A stretch of 64,000 bases of DNA from Acidobacteriota bacterium (lineage in GTDB: Bacteria; Acidobacteriota; Vicinamibacteria; Vicinamibacterales; 2-12-FULL-66-21): assembly GCA_046734955.1 (NCBI GenBank), contig JBKPSH010000025.1, positions 1,135-65,134 of the forward strand, read 5' to 3'. The notes beneath the pieces are model-generated. The model searched no databases. It worked only from the letters and a program-made list of their open reading frames with translations, and was not told where the DNA came from. A program made the translations under genes and the position numbers. Numbering within the stretch: position 1 is the first letter of the stretch; every line of letters starts with the position of its first letter. Positions 54,978 to 64,000 of this stretch are shown here, piece after piece.

Positions 54978-57341
54978 TCACCGATCCACGTGATCGAGCA
55001 TCCAAATGTCGCTGCGGGATTCACTCATCGGCAGAAGGAGTTGAGTGGCCGTAATCGCGATGTCCATCTGCACCGTACGCGGCGTCAACTGAAACTGCGC
55101 CGATCGGAAGGACGTAACCGGGAACGGCTCGCCGAACGGTGTGCCGCTCGCGCTATCGAAACGCCGTCCCCAAACGTTCGCGATTCCAGTGCGATTCGAC
55201 ACGAAATACAAGACGTGTCCATCCGGTCCCCAGCGCGGCTTGTCGTCGAACCACACGCCTTCCGTTATCGGCCGCCACCCGCCGCCGCTCGACGGCACGA
55301 CGTAAACCGTCGACGTTGGTTCGTATGACAGATCGTGCGCGAGAAACGTGATCCATCGCTGATCAGGAGAGAACCGCTGATTGAAGAGATTGCGCAACGG
55401 GTCCGAGGCGATGACCCGCACATCGGAAGGAGCAGCGTCGTCACGGACCGGAATCAGACAGGTCGAGTAACGATCGGACTTGCTGAATCGGCAGGCGCCC
55501 AGAATCGCCTGGCCATCCTTCGACCAGTCGTATGCCTCCATGTCGACGGCTTCCGGTTTGGTTAAAACGCGCTCGCCGCTACCATCCGAATTGAGTACCG
55601 CCACTGCGATACCGCGGTCTCGCCCGGCGCACCGCGAGAACGCGAGCTTCGCGCCATCGGGAGACCAGCGCGGCCGGCTGAATCGCCACTGCGGGCTCGA
55701 CAACAGCAACCGATCCTGTCCCTCGCTGATCGATCGTTCCCACAACTCGTTACGGCCGGCCCGAACAGTGTAGAACGCCACCTTCGAACCATCGGCTTGT
55801 GCGTCGAAGTCCACTTCTCCGGTGCTGCCCTGTGTAACCGGATAGGGTTGGCCGATGATTCGGCCACTTCGCGGTTCAAATGGAAACGCCCAGACTCTGG
55901 TGCGGCTTGATGCGGTCGTGAAGATGAGCCGCGCTCCGTCCGGTGACAGAGCGACGCTTGTCTCTTCTCCCGCGCCCGTGGTCAGCCGCTCCGGCCGATC
56001 CGTCCAGTTGCCGGTGCGCGGATCGATCGTCACGCGCCAGATGTTTCGCGTGTCACCTGCGCTCGCCTCGAAATAAATATGGCGTCCTGATCCCGACCAG
56101 ACGAATTTTCCCGGTGACAGGCTCGTCAGGTCACGCTCGACCTGCGTCGACATCTCCGGTGCGGACGCGTTGCCACCATCGAGCGGCACCGTCAGGAACG
56201 TCATTCCTCCTCTGCGCATGCTTCCCCAGATCGATACGTGACGGCCGTCGGGATGCCACGCGGCATGAAGAGAGAAAAACTGGCCGAGCACATCAGGACG
56301 AACGGGTTGCGGTGGCTTTCCATCCAGTCCAACGACATAAATCGTCGGCAGGTCGGGAAGCACGTTCGATCGCTTGAACATGATGCGCGTCGAATCGGGC
56401 GACCAGAACGGCTCGTAGCCGAAACTGGAAATCATCCGCTCGACACCGCCGTCCGCCGGAATCATGTACAACCCGCCACCGTCGCGCTCTGAACGAAACA
56501 CGATATAGCGGCCGTCGGGCGACCACGCTGGTTGTGTCTCGTTGAAAGGCGAGCTGGTCAGGTGTATCGGATCGGGATCGCCCAGTCGTTGCTTCCACAG
56601 ATCTGCGTTCCCGGCTGCGTCGCTCGTGTACACGATCCAGCGACCGTCGGCGGACCATGAGGCATCTCGCGGGAGGGCCGTCTCGTCGTAGGTAATGCGC
56701 TGCAGGGTGCGTCGAGGTTCTGAGCGAGATGTGTCGGGGCGCAACACGGTCATTGCCACGGCAGTCACGAGAAGTGCGCAACTGACTGCGGCGACCGCGA
56801 CGGTAAGCGTGACTGCCTTTTTCGGCGAGGACACCGAAGTGTCCGTACTTGGGGCCGGAGGCAGCGGATGCGCCGCGCGCACCGTGGCGACGAATCGATA
56901 TCCCTGGCCGGGGATCGTGACGATGTAGTCATGCTGATCAGTACGCTGACCAAGTGCTCGGCGGAGCGAGGAGATCTGCCGGACCAGATTGTTCTCCTGC
57001 ACGGCCGTGTCCGGCCACACCAGGCTCAGGAGTTCGTCCTTGCCGACGACGCGATCGCGATGCTGGAGGAGGACGACAAGAACTTCAAACGTCTTCGCCG
57101 TGATCGGCACGAATCGATCCTGGCGACAAAGTGTTCGCTTCACCGGATCGACGACGAACGGACCGAAGGCATACCGGCCGTTGACAGTCGCGGGCGATGC
57201 AGGAGCTAGTGCGGTGGGCGACTCGGGCCGACTGATGTCCTGCACGGAGCCCCCTTCCGGAATGGCGTTCCGGCGCGGCTTGACGGAAGCCAGTTGGCAG
57301 TATTGATGTCTCGCATGCAGGAAGTCAAATGACTTCTCCAC
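54978..57341 (-). CDS. Membrane-anchored one-component regulator: OmpR/CadC-type winged HTH + TM + TolB-like (PD40) beta-propeller
   Basis: wHTH region TAKTFEVLVVLLQHRDRVVGKDELLSLVWPDTAVQENNLVRQISSLRRALG...GYRF. TM segment LTVAVAAVSCALLVTAVAMTVL. At least eight W/F-SPDG repeats. The start is uncertain: GTG at 57341, or GTG at 57245 with GGAAGGGGG upstream. Confidence 0.75.
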   Translation of the reverse strand: MEKSFDFLHARHQYCQLASVKPRRNAIPEGGSVQDISRPESPTALAPASPATVNGRYAFGPFVVDPVKRTLCRQDRFVPITAKTFEVLVVLLQHRDRVVGKDELLSLVWPDTAVQENNLVRQISSLRRALGQRTDQHDYIVTIPGQGYRFVATVRAAHPLPPAPSTDTSVSSPKKAVTLTVAVAAVSCALLVTAVAMTVLRPDTSRSEPRRTLQRITYDETALPRDASWSADGRWIVYTSDAAGNADLWKQRLGDPDPIHLTSSPFNETQPAWSPDGRYIVFRSERDGGGLYMIPADGGVERMISSFGYEPFWSPDSTRIMFKRSNVLPDLPTIYVVGLDGKPPQPVRPDVLGQFFSLHAAWHPDGRHVSIWGSMRRGGMTFLTVPLDGGNASAPEMSTQVERDLTSLSPGKFVWSGSGRHIYFEASAGDTRNIWRVTIDPRTGNWTDRPERLTTGAGEETSVALSPDGARLIFTTASSRTRVWAFPFEPRSGRIIGQPYPVTQGSTGEVDFDAQADGSKVAFYTVRAGRNELWERSISEGQDRLLLSSPQWRFSRPRWSPDGAKLAFSRCAGRDRGIAVAVLNSDGSGERVLTKPEAVDMEAYDWSKDGQAILGACRFSKSDRYSTCLIPVRDDAAPSDVRVIASDPLRNLFNQRFSPDQRWITFLAHDLSYEPTSTVYVVPSSGGGWRPITEGVWFDDKPRWGPDGHVLYFVSNRTGIANVWGRRFDSASGTPFGEPFPVTSFRSAQFQLTPRTVQMDIAITATQLLLPMSESRSDIWMLDHVDR

Positions 57342-57635
57342 TGCCGCGAACCCGTTCTGCAGCGCGAGATGACGGAGAATTTTGTGACCAGTGTGCCCAA
57401 CGACGTGATGAAGGTCGTCGAGCCACGTTCACCGCGAGATTTGCCGTTGCCGTCGTCCCTCGCGCACGTCTCGCAGAACGGAACACGCGGAATTCATCTC
57501 TTTTCAGTTTTTTTCAGCGCCCTGGTGGTAGACGTCCCGGCATGCGCTGCGTAGCTTGAATCGATCGGATCGCCGGATCGACGAGGGTGCGGTCTGGTCG
57601 GGGACATCAATCATTGCTTCCGTCAGGAGGAAATC

Positions 57636-60600
57636 GTGAGCACTCGCTCGTCGCGACGGCGACGCGGTCCGTTGCGGACGCTCGCCTGCCTCTCAATCGT
57701 GACACTCGTCACGATGTTCAGCACGATCACCACACCCGCCTTCGCTCAGACGGCGACCGGCCAGATTACCGGCACTGCCCGCGATGCCAGCGGCGCGGTC
57801 ATGTCGGGAGTGAAAGTGGCGGTCACAAATCAGCAGACGGGTCTGACACGCGAAACAAAGACGGGAGCGAATGGCGACTACGTCATTCCGTTGCTGCCTG
57901 TCGGCGTCTACATCGTCACGGCGGAACAGACGGGGTTCAAGACCGCCATCCGTTCGGACGTCACACTCACCGTTGATCAGATCCAGCGCGTGGACATGAC
58001 GCTTGCACCGGGCAACATCTCGGAAACAGTCGAGGTTCAAGCAAATGCCCTTGCGCTTGATACGGCCAGCGCGTCGGTCGGTCAGACGATCACCGAGAGG
58101 CAAGTCACTGAACTGCCCCTTAACGGACGCAACTTCCTGCAGCTGCTGTTTCTCGGTGCCGGCGCGGTAGAAACCGGCGGTGAGCAGGGTGGCATGCGGC
58201 AGGGCGTCGGGAACGCAATCAGCATCGCGGGCGCGAGACCGACGTCGAACAACTTCATGATCGACGGAACATCGAACATCGACACCGCGCTCGGAACGCC
58301 GGCGGCAGTGCTGTCGGTCGACGCGATCCAGGAATTCAAAGAACAGACGACGACGTATTCTGCCGAGTATGGATTCAGCTCCAACCAGATCAACCTCGTC
58401 AGCAAGACAGGCACGAATCAGCTTCACGGAACCGGATTTGGATTCTTCAGAAACGAGGGATGGGACGCACGAAACTTCTTTGACAACGGTGGCTCGCCGA
58501 AGCCAAAACTCGATCAGAAGCAGTTCGGATTCGTCGTCGGCGGGCCGGTGGTGCTGCCGATGTACGACGGACGGAACAAAACGTTCTTCCTCGTGAACTA
58601 CGAGGGAACCCGGATCGATCGCGGGTCTACTGCGTTCTACACCGTCCCGACTGCCGACCAACTGGCCGGCAGATTCAACACGGCGATCATCGACCCGCTC
58701 AGCGGTCAACCATTTCCGAACAACACGATTCCACAATCACGCTTTTCACGGCTCGCGCAACTGGCGTTGCGAAGCAACTGGTTCCCGGCACCGAACTCGT
58801 CAGCGGCGCAAGGCAACTATGAAGCGGTCAAAACGTTTCCTCAGAATCAAGACCAGTTCACCGTTCGAGGTGACCAGGATCTTGGCAAAATCGGCCGCGC
58901 GTTCTTCCGGTATACGCAGACGGGTTACGAAAACACGACGGCATCGAACATGATCGACCCCGGCAACCGCGTGTTCGTACAAGACACCACCAACTGGCAG
59001 GTCTCACACAGTTGGCCTATTCACGCCAACCTCGTGAATCAGTTCCGAATCGGCCGCGTCGATGCACGGGCCGATCAGCACGGGATCGCCTGTCCGCAAT
59101 CCGACGTGGACTTCCTGAACGTGACTGGAACGTTCACCAACATTCCGGACAACCAACGCGAATGTCCGAGCATTGGCATGCAGGGCTATTCGGGCACCGG
59201 CGGTGCGATCAACGCCTACACGGCAAGCAACCAGCCCATGTGGGACCTCAGTAACACGACCACCTGGGTCAGCGGAACGCACTCGCTGAATTTCGGAATC
59301 AACTACCGTCGCTGGTGGCTGCAACGCGATCTGGCAACGGGGTTCCTCGGCAACTATGCCTACAACGTCGGCTTCACCGGTAACGTCGTCGCCGACATGC
59401 TGCTCGGGTACTACTCTGGCGTCGGCATTTTCCAGCCAGCGGCCTACAGCGTGCCGGGCGCGGCGGGCAATCCTCGCGAGTTCAATTTCAAGTACATCGC
59501 ACCTTACGTTCAGGATGATTGGCGCGTGAATTCCCAACTCACCGTCAATCTCGGGCTGCGGTGGGACTACCGCAACGTTCCGTATGAGACGCGCAATCGA
59601 ATGGCGTGGCGGAACCTGGACTATGGGCCCGGCGGCCTGTTGGTCGCGGATCAGTCACTGGTTACCGGAGGAATCGTCGACGGCGCGTATTACCAATACG
59701 CCGGCCGCCGAAGTCCTGAAAATCCGGATCGCTTCAAGGTCTTCGCACCGCGGCTCGGATTCGCGTGGCGGCCGATGGGTGAGAAAACCGTATTCCGCGG
59801 TGGCTACGGCGTGTTCTACGACTCTGCAGAAGGCCGGGAGATCGACGGTGCTGCCGACGTGTATCCGTATGTCAGCCGCGGTAACTACATCCAGTCGCTC
59901 GGCCAGCCGACGCCGCTGCAAACAAGCGACGCGCTCTTCCCTAGCTTTGCCGCACCCGGAGTCGCGACGCCAGCGGCGAACTCGTTCCTCGCCGTCAGCC
60001 AGTCACCACAGCCAAGAAATCCATACATGCAGCAGTGGTCACTTGGCGCACAACGCGAAATTGCGCACGGCACCACGTTCGAACTGAACTACCTCGGGAC
60101 GCACGGGACGAATCTGCTGATGCGCCGCAACATCGCGCAGGCGTTTCCCTACGATCCCGCCCATCCGCTCTCGGTCGATGCACGCAAGCCGTATCCCAAC
60201 TTCGTCGTCTACATCGACAGCGACTGGAGCGGACGATCGAATTACAACGCGCTCAACACGAAGCTCGAACATCGCGGGCCCGATTCGATCTTGACCTTCG
60301 CGTACACATGGGCGAAGAGCACCGATTCCAAGTCGGCCGCCGCCGGCATCGGCGCGAGCGGGTTCAATGGGTGGCAGGGCTTCCTCAACAATCATGATCC
60401 TGAACGGGATTACGGCTTGTCCGATTTCGACGTCGATCATCGACTCGTCGGCAGCTTCGTCTACAACCTGCCGTTCGGGAAGGGCGGGAAGATCGCGAGC
60501 GATGCGACCGGCGCAAAAGAAGCGCTGGTTGGCGGGTGGCAGGTGAATGGGATCTACACCTGGCAGCATGGATTCCCGATCACGATTACCGCCGCGGATC

Positions 60601-60968
60601 TTGGCGGGCTGAACGACACGTTCGGAACGAACCGGGCGAATCTTGTCGGCGATCCCAAGATCGATCAGCGAACGGTGACCCGATGGTTCAACACCTCGGC
60701 GTTCGCGCAGCCGGCGCTGGGCGAGCTCGGCAATCTCGGGCGGAATACCGAGCGTGGGCCCGGCATTAACAACCTGGATCTCGCTGTGTTCAAAAATATC
60801 TCGTTCCCCGGCCAAGTACGACTGCAGTTCCGGCTGGAGTCATTCAACGCGCTGAACCATACGCAATTCGATGGTGTCTCTGCGAACCTTGCCGCGGCAA
60901 ACTTCGGCGTCGTCACCTCGGCACGTCCGGCTCGGATTAACCAGCTCGGTCTAAAGCTGCTATTCTGA
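57636..60968 (+). CDS. TonB-dependent receptor with N-terminal carboxypeptidase-regulatory-like domain
   Basis: GTG start with AGGAGG upstream. Signal peptide, then a CarboxypepD_reg-like segment (GQITGTARDASGAVMSGVKVAVTNQQTG..ANGDYVIPLLPVGVY), a plug (NGRNFLQL) and a 1110-aa barrel ending ...LGLKLLF. Confidence 0.85.
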   Translation: MSTRSSRRRRGPLRTLACLSIVTLVTMFSTITTPAFAQTATGQITGTARDASGAVMSGVKVAVTNQQTGLTRETKTGANGDYVIPLLPVGVYIVTAEQTGFKTAIRSDVTLTVDQIQRVDMTLAPGNISETVEVQANALALDTASASVGQTITERQVTELPLNGRNFLQLLFLGAGAVETGGEQGGMRQGVGNAISIAGARPTSNNFMIDGTSNIDTALGTPAAVLSVDAIQEFKEQTTTYSAEYGFSSNQINLVSKTGTNQLHGTGFGFFRNEGWDARNFFDNGGSPKPKLDQKQFGFVVGGPVVLPMYDGRNKTFFLVNYEGTRIDRGSTAFYTVPTADQLAGRFNTAIIDPLSGQPFPNNTIPQSRFSRLAQLALRSNWFPAPNSSAAQGNYEAVKTFPQNQDQFTVRGDQDLGKIGRAFFRYTQTGYENTTASNMIDPGNRVFVQDTTNWQVSHSWPIHANLVNQFRIGRVDARADQHGIACPQSDVDFLNVTGTFTNIPDNQRECPSIGMQGYSGTGGAINAYTASNQPMWDLSNTTTWVSGTHSLNFGINYRRWWLQRDLATGFLGNYAYNVGFTGNVVADMLLGYYSGVGIFQPAAYSVPGAAGNPREFNFKYIAPYVQDDWRVNSQLTVNLGLRWDYRNVPYETRNRMAWRNLDYGPGGLLVADQSLVTGGIVDGAYYQYAGRRSPENPDRFKVFAPRLGFAWRPMGEKTVFRGGYGVFYDSAEGREIDGAADVYPYVSRGNYIQSLGQPTPLQTSDALFPSFAAPGVATPAANSFLAVSQSPQPRNPYMQQWSLGAQREIAHGTTFELNYLGTHGTNLLMRRNIAQAFPYDPAHPLSVDARKPYPNFVVYIDSDWSGRSNYNALNTKLEHRGPDSILTFAYTWAKSTDSKSAAAGIGASGFNGWQGFLNNHDPERDYGLSDFDVDHRLVGSFVYNLPFGKGGKIASDATGAKEALVGGWQVNGIYTWQHGFPITITAADLGGLNDTFGTNRANLVGDPKIDQRTVTRWFNTSAFAQPALGELGNLGRNTERGPGINNLDLAVFKNISFPGQVRLQFRLESFNALNHTQFDGVSANLAAANFGVVTSARPARINQLGLKLLF

Positions 60969-61024
60969 GCCGAAATCGTAGCGCAGCCGTAGCAGGCTAA
61001 AGCCCTGCGCCACGAGCATTACCT

Positions 61025-61056
61025 GACGGAGCGCCTCGACGATCAGGCGCTCCGTC
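61025..61056 (+). terminator. Hairpin gacggagcgcct-8nt-aggcgctccgtc after the TonB receptor gene
   Basis: 12-bp perfect stem followed by a T/C-rich stretch (tcgtccttctcgtc). Confidence 0.5.
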
Positions 61057-61097
61057 TCGTCCTTCTCGTCGCGCTGGTATTCGCCGGCACCAATCGT

Positions 61098-62306
61098 ATG
61101 TCTCTATACCTGCACCGAACGATCTCTGTCGTCGCGGTGATTCTTTGTTGCGCGGCTCGCTCGGAACCGGCAGGCGTCCAGCAATCCGACGCCGCGCTTC
61201 AGGCACATGCGGCGGCGGGCGAACGTGCCTTGGCTGAAGGACGTTACGCGGACGCGGAAAAAGAATACGAGGCGCTCCGTCGTCTCAGCCCGGGAACAGC
61301 AGAAGTTCACGCACGTCTGGGATTGATTTACTTCCAGGAAGGTAAGTTCGAATCAGCCATCCCGGCATTGCGCGAAGCAATCAAGCTCAAACCAGGTCTT
61401 CCGAAAGTCGATGCGCTCTTCGCGATGTCGCTCTCGGAGATCGGCCACTACGAAGAAGCGCTCCCTGGTGTCACGAAGGCATTCTCTCAATCCGCCGATC
61501 CGGTTCTTCGCCGGATGGCCGGCCTTCACCTGCAACGGATTTACACGGGCCTCGGGCGCGATCAGGATGCAGTCGACGTCGCGCTGACACTCTCGCGTCT
61601 CTATCCTGACGATGCCGAAGTGCTGTATCACTCGGGCAAGCTGTTTGCAAACTTCGCGTATCTGCAGACCATGCGTCTCGCGACGATCGCGCCGGAATCT
61701 GTGTGGCTGCATCAGGCGGCAGGAGAAGCAAACGAGAGTCAAGGCCTGTACGATGCAGCCCTGCGCGAATATCGCCAGGTTCTCGCATCGGCGCCAAATC
61801 GACCTGGCATCCGTTTCCGCATCGGCCGGACACTGCTCGAACGATCGAACAACGGTCGGACAACCGACGATGTGACGGACGCACGGAAAGCGTTCGAAGA
61901 GGAGCTGACGCTCGATCCGACGAATGCGAACGCCGCATATGAACTCGCAGAAATGCATCGCAAGGCTGGTGAGTTGGACCCGGCTCGCAAACTCTTCGAG
62001 CAAGCACTGGCGCATTATCCGGGATTCGAGCACGCGCAAGTAGGACTCGCGCGAACGTTAATCGCGCTCGGCTCACCAAACGAGGCGATTCCGCATTTGA
62101 AGACGGCGATCGAACGTAATCGCGACAGCGACGTCGCCTATTACCAGCTGGCACAGGCGTTCAGAGCGCTTGGCAACACTGTGGAACAGGAGAAGGCCCT
62201 CGCGCAGTTCAACCAGCTGCGCGACGCTGCACAGCGCAAGGCGGCAGTGCCTCAGCCCAAGCAGGACGTCACGCCGCAAGTCATCGACGCCAAGCCCCCG
62301 AAATGA
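61098..62306 (+). CDS. Exported tetratricopeptide-repeat protein
   Basis: Signal-like N-terminus. Repeated 34-aa TPR-type A/Y/L patterns throughout the 402 aa. Confidence 0.7.
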   Translation: MSLYLHRTISVVAVILCCAARSEPAGVQQSDAALQAHAAAGERALAEGRYADAEKEYEALRRLSPGTAEVHARLGLIYFQEGKFESAIPALREAIKLKPGLPKVDALFAMSLSEIGHYEEALPGVTKAFSQSADPVLRRMAGLHLQRIYTGLGRDQDAVDVALTLSRLYPDDAEVLYHSGKLFANFAYLQTMRLATIAPESVWLHQAAGEANESQGLYDAALREYRQVLASAPNRPGIRFRIGRTLLERSNNGRTTDDVTDARKAFEEELTLDPTNANAAYELAEMHRKAGELDPARKLFEQALAHYPGFEHAQVGLARTLIALGSPNEAIPHLKTAIERNRDSDVAYYQLAQAFRALGNTVEQEKALAQFNQLRDAAQRKAAVPQPKQDVTPQVIDAKPPK

Positions 62307-62318
62307 ACGGGTGAGGCT

Positions 62319-64000
62319 GTGACATCCGCACGGGCCCATTTAGTGTGCGTGGCGGCAGCGATGGGCGCGTCTCTGTTGCTCGTAACGGCACGCGCCGCCG
62401 ATCCGGTGACATTCACCGACGTCACGAAACAAAGCCGCATCACGTTCTCGCACGTCTGGTCGACCGACAAGAAGTACATTCTCGAATCGATGAGCGGCGG
62501 TGTCGCGGTCTTCGACTTCGACAATGACGGCTTGCTCGATATTTATTTGGTCAACTCTCCGACCGTTGCCACGGCCGGTGATGCTCGAAGCGCACGCAGC
62601 GAGCTCTGGCGGAATCAGGGAGACGGCACATTTGTCGATGTGACCGACAAGGCAGGTGTCGGCTATCCCGGGTGGGGCATGGGCGCGGTGTCCGCCGACT
62701 TCGACAACGACGGCTGGGATGATCTCTACGTCACGTGCTACGGCCCGAACCGTCTGTATCACAACAACCATGACGGCACGTTTTCGGATGTCACCGAAAA
62801 AGCGGGCGTCGGCGATCCCCGATGGTCTACTGGCGCAGCGTTCGCTGACTATGACGGCGACGGATGGCTCGACTTGTTTGTCGCCAACTATGTCGACATC
62901 CAGCTGAACGCGCTTCCAGAGTTCGGGAAAGGAAAGTTCTGCGAGTTCCACGGGATTCCCGTTCAATGCGGTCCCCGCGGATTGCCGGGATCCGGCGACT
63001 CGCTCTACCGCAACACAGGACATGGCACGTTCGAAGACGTATCGGTGAAGGCCGGCGTGGCCGATTCTGACCGCCGCTTTGGTATGGGCGCGGCCTGGAC
63101 GGACTTCAATGGCGACGGACGGCCGGATCTTTACGTTGCCAACGATGCCGGTCCGAATTATCTCTACAAGAACAACGGCAACGGCACGTTCACCGATGTT
63201 GCGCTTCAGGCGGGCACCGCACTCAGCGAGGAGGGTAAAGAACAAGGATCGATGGGCGTCGCGATCGGCGATTACGACCACTCCGGTCGCTGGAGCATCT
63301 TCGTCACCAATTTCGCCGACGAGTACAACGCGCTCTATCGACACGACAAGGAGTTCCAATTCACCGACGTATCGTTTACTTCCCAAACCGCGAAGCCGAG
63401 CGTTCCACTCGTCGGCTGGGGCACCCACTTCCTGGACTACGACAATGATGGCTGGCTCGATCTGCTGGTTGTGAACGGGCATGTCTACCCGCAGGTGGAG
63501 CGCGCTGGTGGTGCCTCGTCGTACGCGCAGCCGAAACTTCTCTTTCACAACAATCGCAACGGCACGTTCACCGACGTGACATCGACGTCAGGCGCGGCCT
63601 TGACGGAGCACATGGTCAGCCGCGGTTCCGCCACTCTCGATTTCGACAATGACGGCGATCTGGACGTCGTCATCAATAACCTCGACGGCGCGCCGACGGT
63701 GTTGCGGAACGACGGTGGAAATGGCCAGAACTTCCTGGTGGTCGATCTCGAAGGGCACACGAGCAATAGCCGTGGGGTTGGCGCCATCGTCACCGTGCGT
63801 GTTGGCGATCTCGTGGAGCGTGGAGCACGGCAAAGCGGCGATAGCTACCTCTCGCACAGCGACCCGCGTCTGCATTTCGGTCTGGGAACGCGGACGAAAG
63901 TTGATTCGATTGAGGTTCGATGGCCGAACGGAACGCTTCAGCGATTCGGCGAAGTCCCCGCGAACACGTTCATCAAGATTGCTGAGGGGCGGACAGAAGT
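62319..64000 (+). CDS. CRTAC1 / ASPIC-UnbV family protein with FG-GAP/VCBS repeats. The 3' end runs off the right window edge.
   Basis: Not in the ORF track because there is no stop in the window. My translation from the GTG at 62319 reads [29 protein letters not shown]... It contains repeated [22 protein letters not shown] motifs and an UnbV/ASPIC-type end ([18 protein letters not shown]). The 402-aa minus-strand track ORF here is antisense noise. Confidence 0.85.
   Translation, partial: MTSARAHLVCVAAAMGASLLLVTARAADPVTFTDVTKQSRITFSHVWSTDKKYILESMSGGVAVFDFDNDGLLDIYLVNSPTVATAGDARSARSELWRNQGDGTFVDVTDKAGVGYPGWGMGAVSADFDNDGWDDLYVTCYGPNRLYHNNHDGTFSDVTEKAGVGDPRWSTGAAFADYDGDGWLDLFVANYVDIQLNALPEFGKGKFCEFHGIPVQCGPRGLPGSGDSLYRNTGHGTFEDVSVKAGVADSDRRFGMGAAWTDFNGDGRPDLYVANDAGPNYLYKNNGNGTFTDVALQAGTALSEEGKEQGSMGVAIGDYDHSGRWSIFVTNFADEYNALYRHDKEFQFTDVSFTSQTAKPSVPLVGWGTHFLDYDNDGWLDLLVVNGHVYPQVERAGGASSYAQPKLLFHNNRNGTFTDVTSTSGAALTEHMVSRGSATLDFDNDGDLDVVINNLDGAPTVLRNDGGNGQNFLVVDLEGHTSNSRGVGAIVTVRVGDLVERGARQSGDSYLSHSDPRLHFGLGTRTKVDSIEVRWPNGTLQRFGEVPANTFIKIAEGRTE

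Noticed and set aside
57329-57559. Small ORFs (61-76 aa) in the regulator/TonB-receptor intergenic region
   Set aside because: They have no SD and low-complexity or implausible sequence, and they overlap each other in different frames. They are more likely promoter or leader DNA.
57693-62039. Antisense ORFs inside the TonB receptor and TPR genes (57693-58736, 59004-59537, 60039-60815, 61353-62039, 61471-62154)
   Set aside because: Shadow frames of long, well-supported plus-strand genes.
62340-63548. 402-aa minus-strand ORF, the only track ORF of any size covering this region
   Set aside because: The plus strand, which has no stop in the window and is therefore missing from the track, encodes a textbook FG-GAP/UnbV protein. 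The minus-strand product is Val/Arg-rich with no motifs.
1-64000. Search for mobile elements, prophage, defence systems (restriction-modification, toxin-antitoxin, CRISPR-Cas, nuclease/helicase sets), secondary-metabolite clusters and RNA genes
   Set aside because: I recognised no integrase, transposase, phage structural gene, nuclease/helicase, PKS/NRPS, rRNA or tRNA signature anywhere in the window. Apart from the repeats, the window reads as core or accessory carbohydrate and aromatic metabolism.

Overview
High-GC, densely packed chromosomal segment. I call 49 protein-coding genes, two of them truncated by the window edges and absent from the ORF track. I found no rRNA, tRNA, CRISPR array, transposase, integrase or phage gene. 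The family content points to an Acidobacteriota-like organism: a TIGR03436-type acidobacterial VWFA protein, a CarboxypepD_reg-type TonB receptor next to TPR and ASPIC/UnbV proteins, PVC-type heme-binding proteins, and many DUF1080, TIM-barrel and Gfo/Idh/MocA genes.

Gene content, left to right:
1. 1-9915 (-): a nine-gene run. It combines a sugar-acid branch (aldose epimerase, SDR, IlvD/Edd dehydratase, FAH hydrolase) with GlcD/GlcF, and is interrupted by three exported proteins (NIPSNAP, MBL, ThuA-like).
2. 10007-19869: PQQ aldose dehydrogenase, pobA, GTP-PEPCK and a complete pcaIJHGBDC protocatechuate operon.
3. 19944-31291: a sugar ABC importer, then a heme-c 'membrane-bound dehydrogenase' protein, two DUF1080 proteins, two TAT-exported TIM barrels and a Gfo/Idh/MocA oxidoreductase.
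4. 31401-41421: GH18, LacI, VWA, a PPi-type PFK, a TIM-barrel/Gfo pair, xylA and a eukaryote-like xylB.
5. 41677-49544: DedA, rhaA, a rhamnose-type ABC system whose second permease is fused in frame to the binding protein, and an IclR-HTH::sugar-binding-domain regulator.
6. 49728-64000: a YfbK-type VWA lipoprotein, two paralogous PQQ-like propellers, a CadC/TolB-propeller membrane regulator, a TonB receptor, a TPR protein and a CRTAC1-like protein.

Nothing here looks like a defence or mobile system. The unusual signals are:
- Metabolic gene architecture: exported 3-keto-glycoside-type enzymes next to a cytochrome.
- Two odd domain fusions.
- Recurrent Arg/Gly-rich inserts in exported enzymes.
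- A striking repertoire of short 'word' tandem repeats and palindromes placed directly after stop codons.

All family assignments rest on motif recognition by eye; no searches were run. The ORF track uses ATG/GTG/TTG and always takes the longest extension, so I trimmed many starts.
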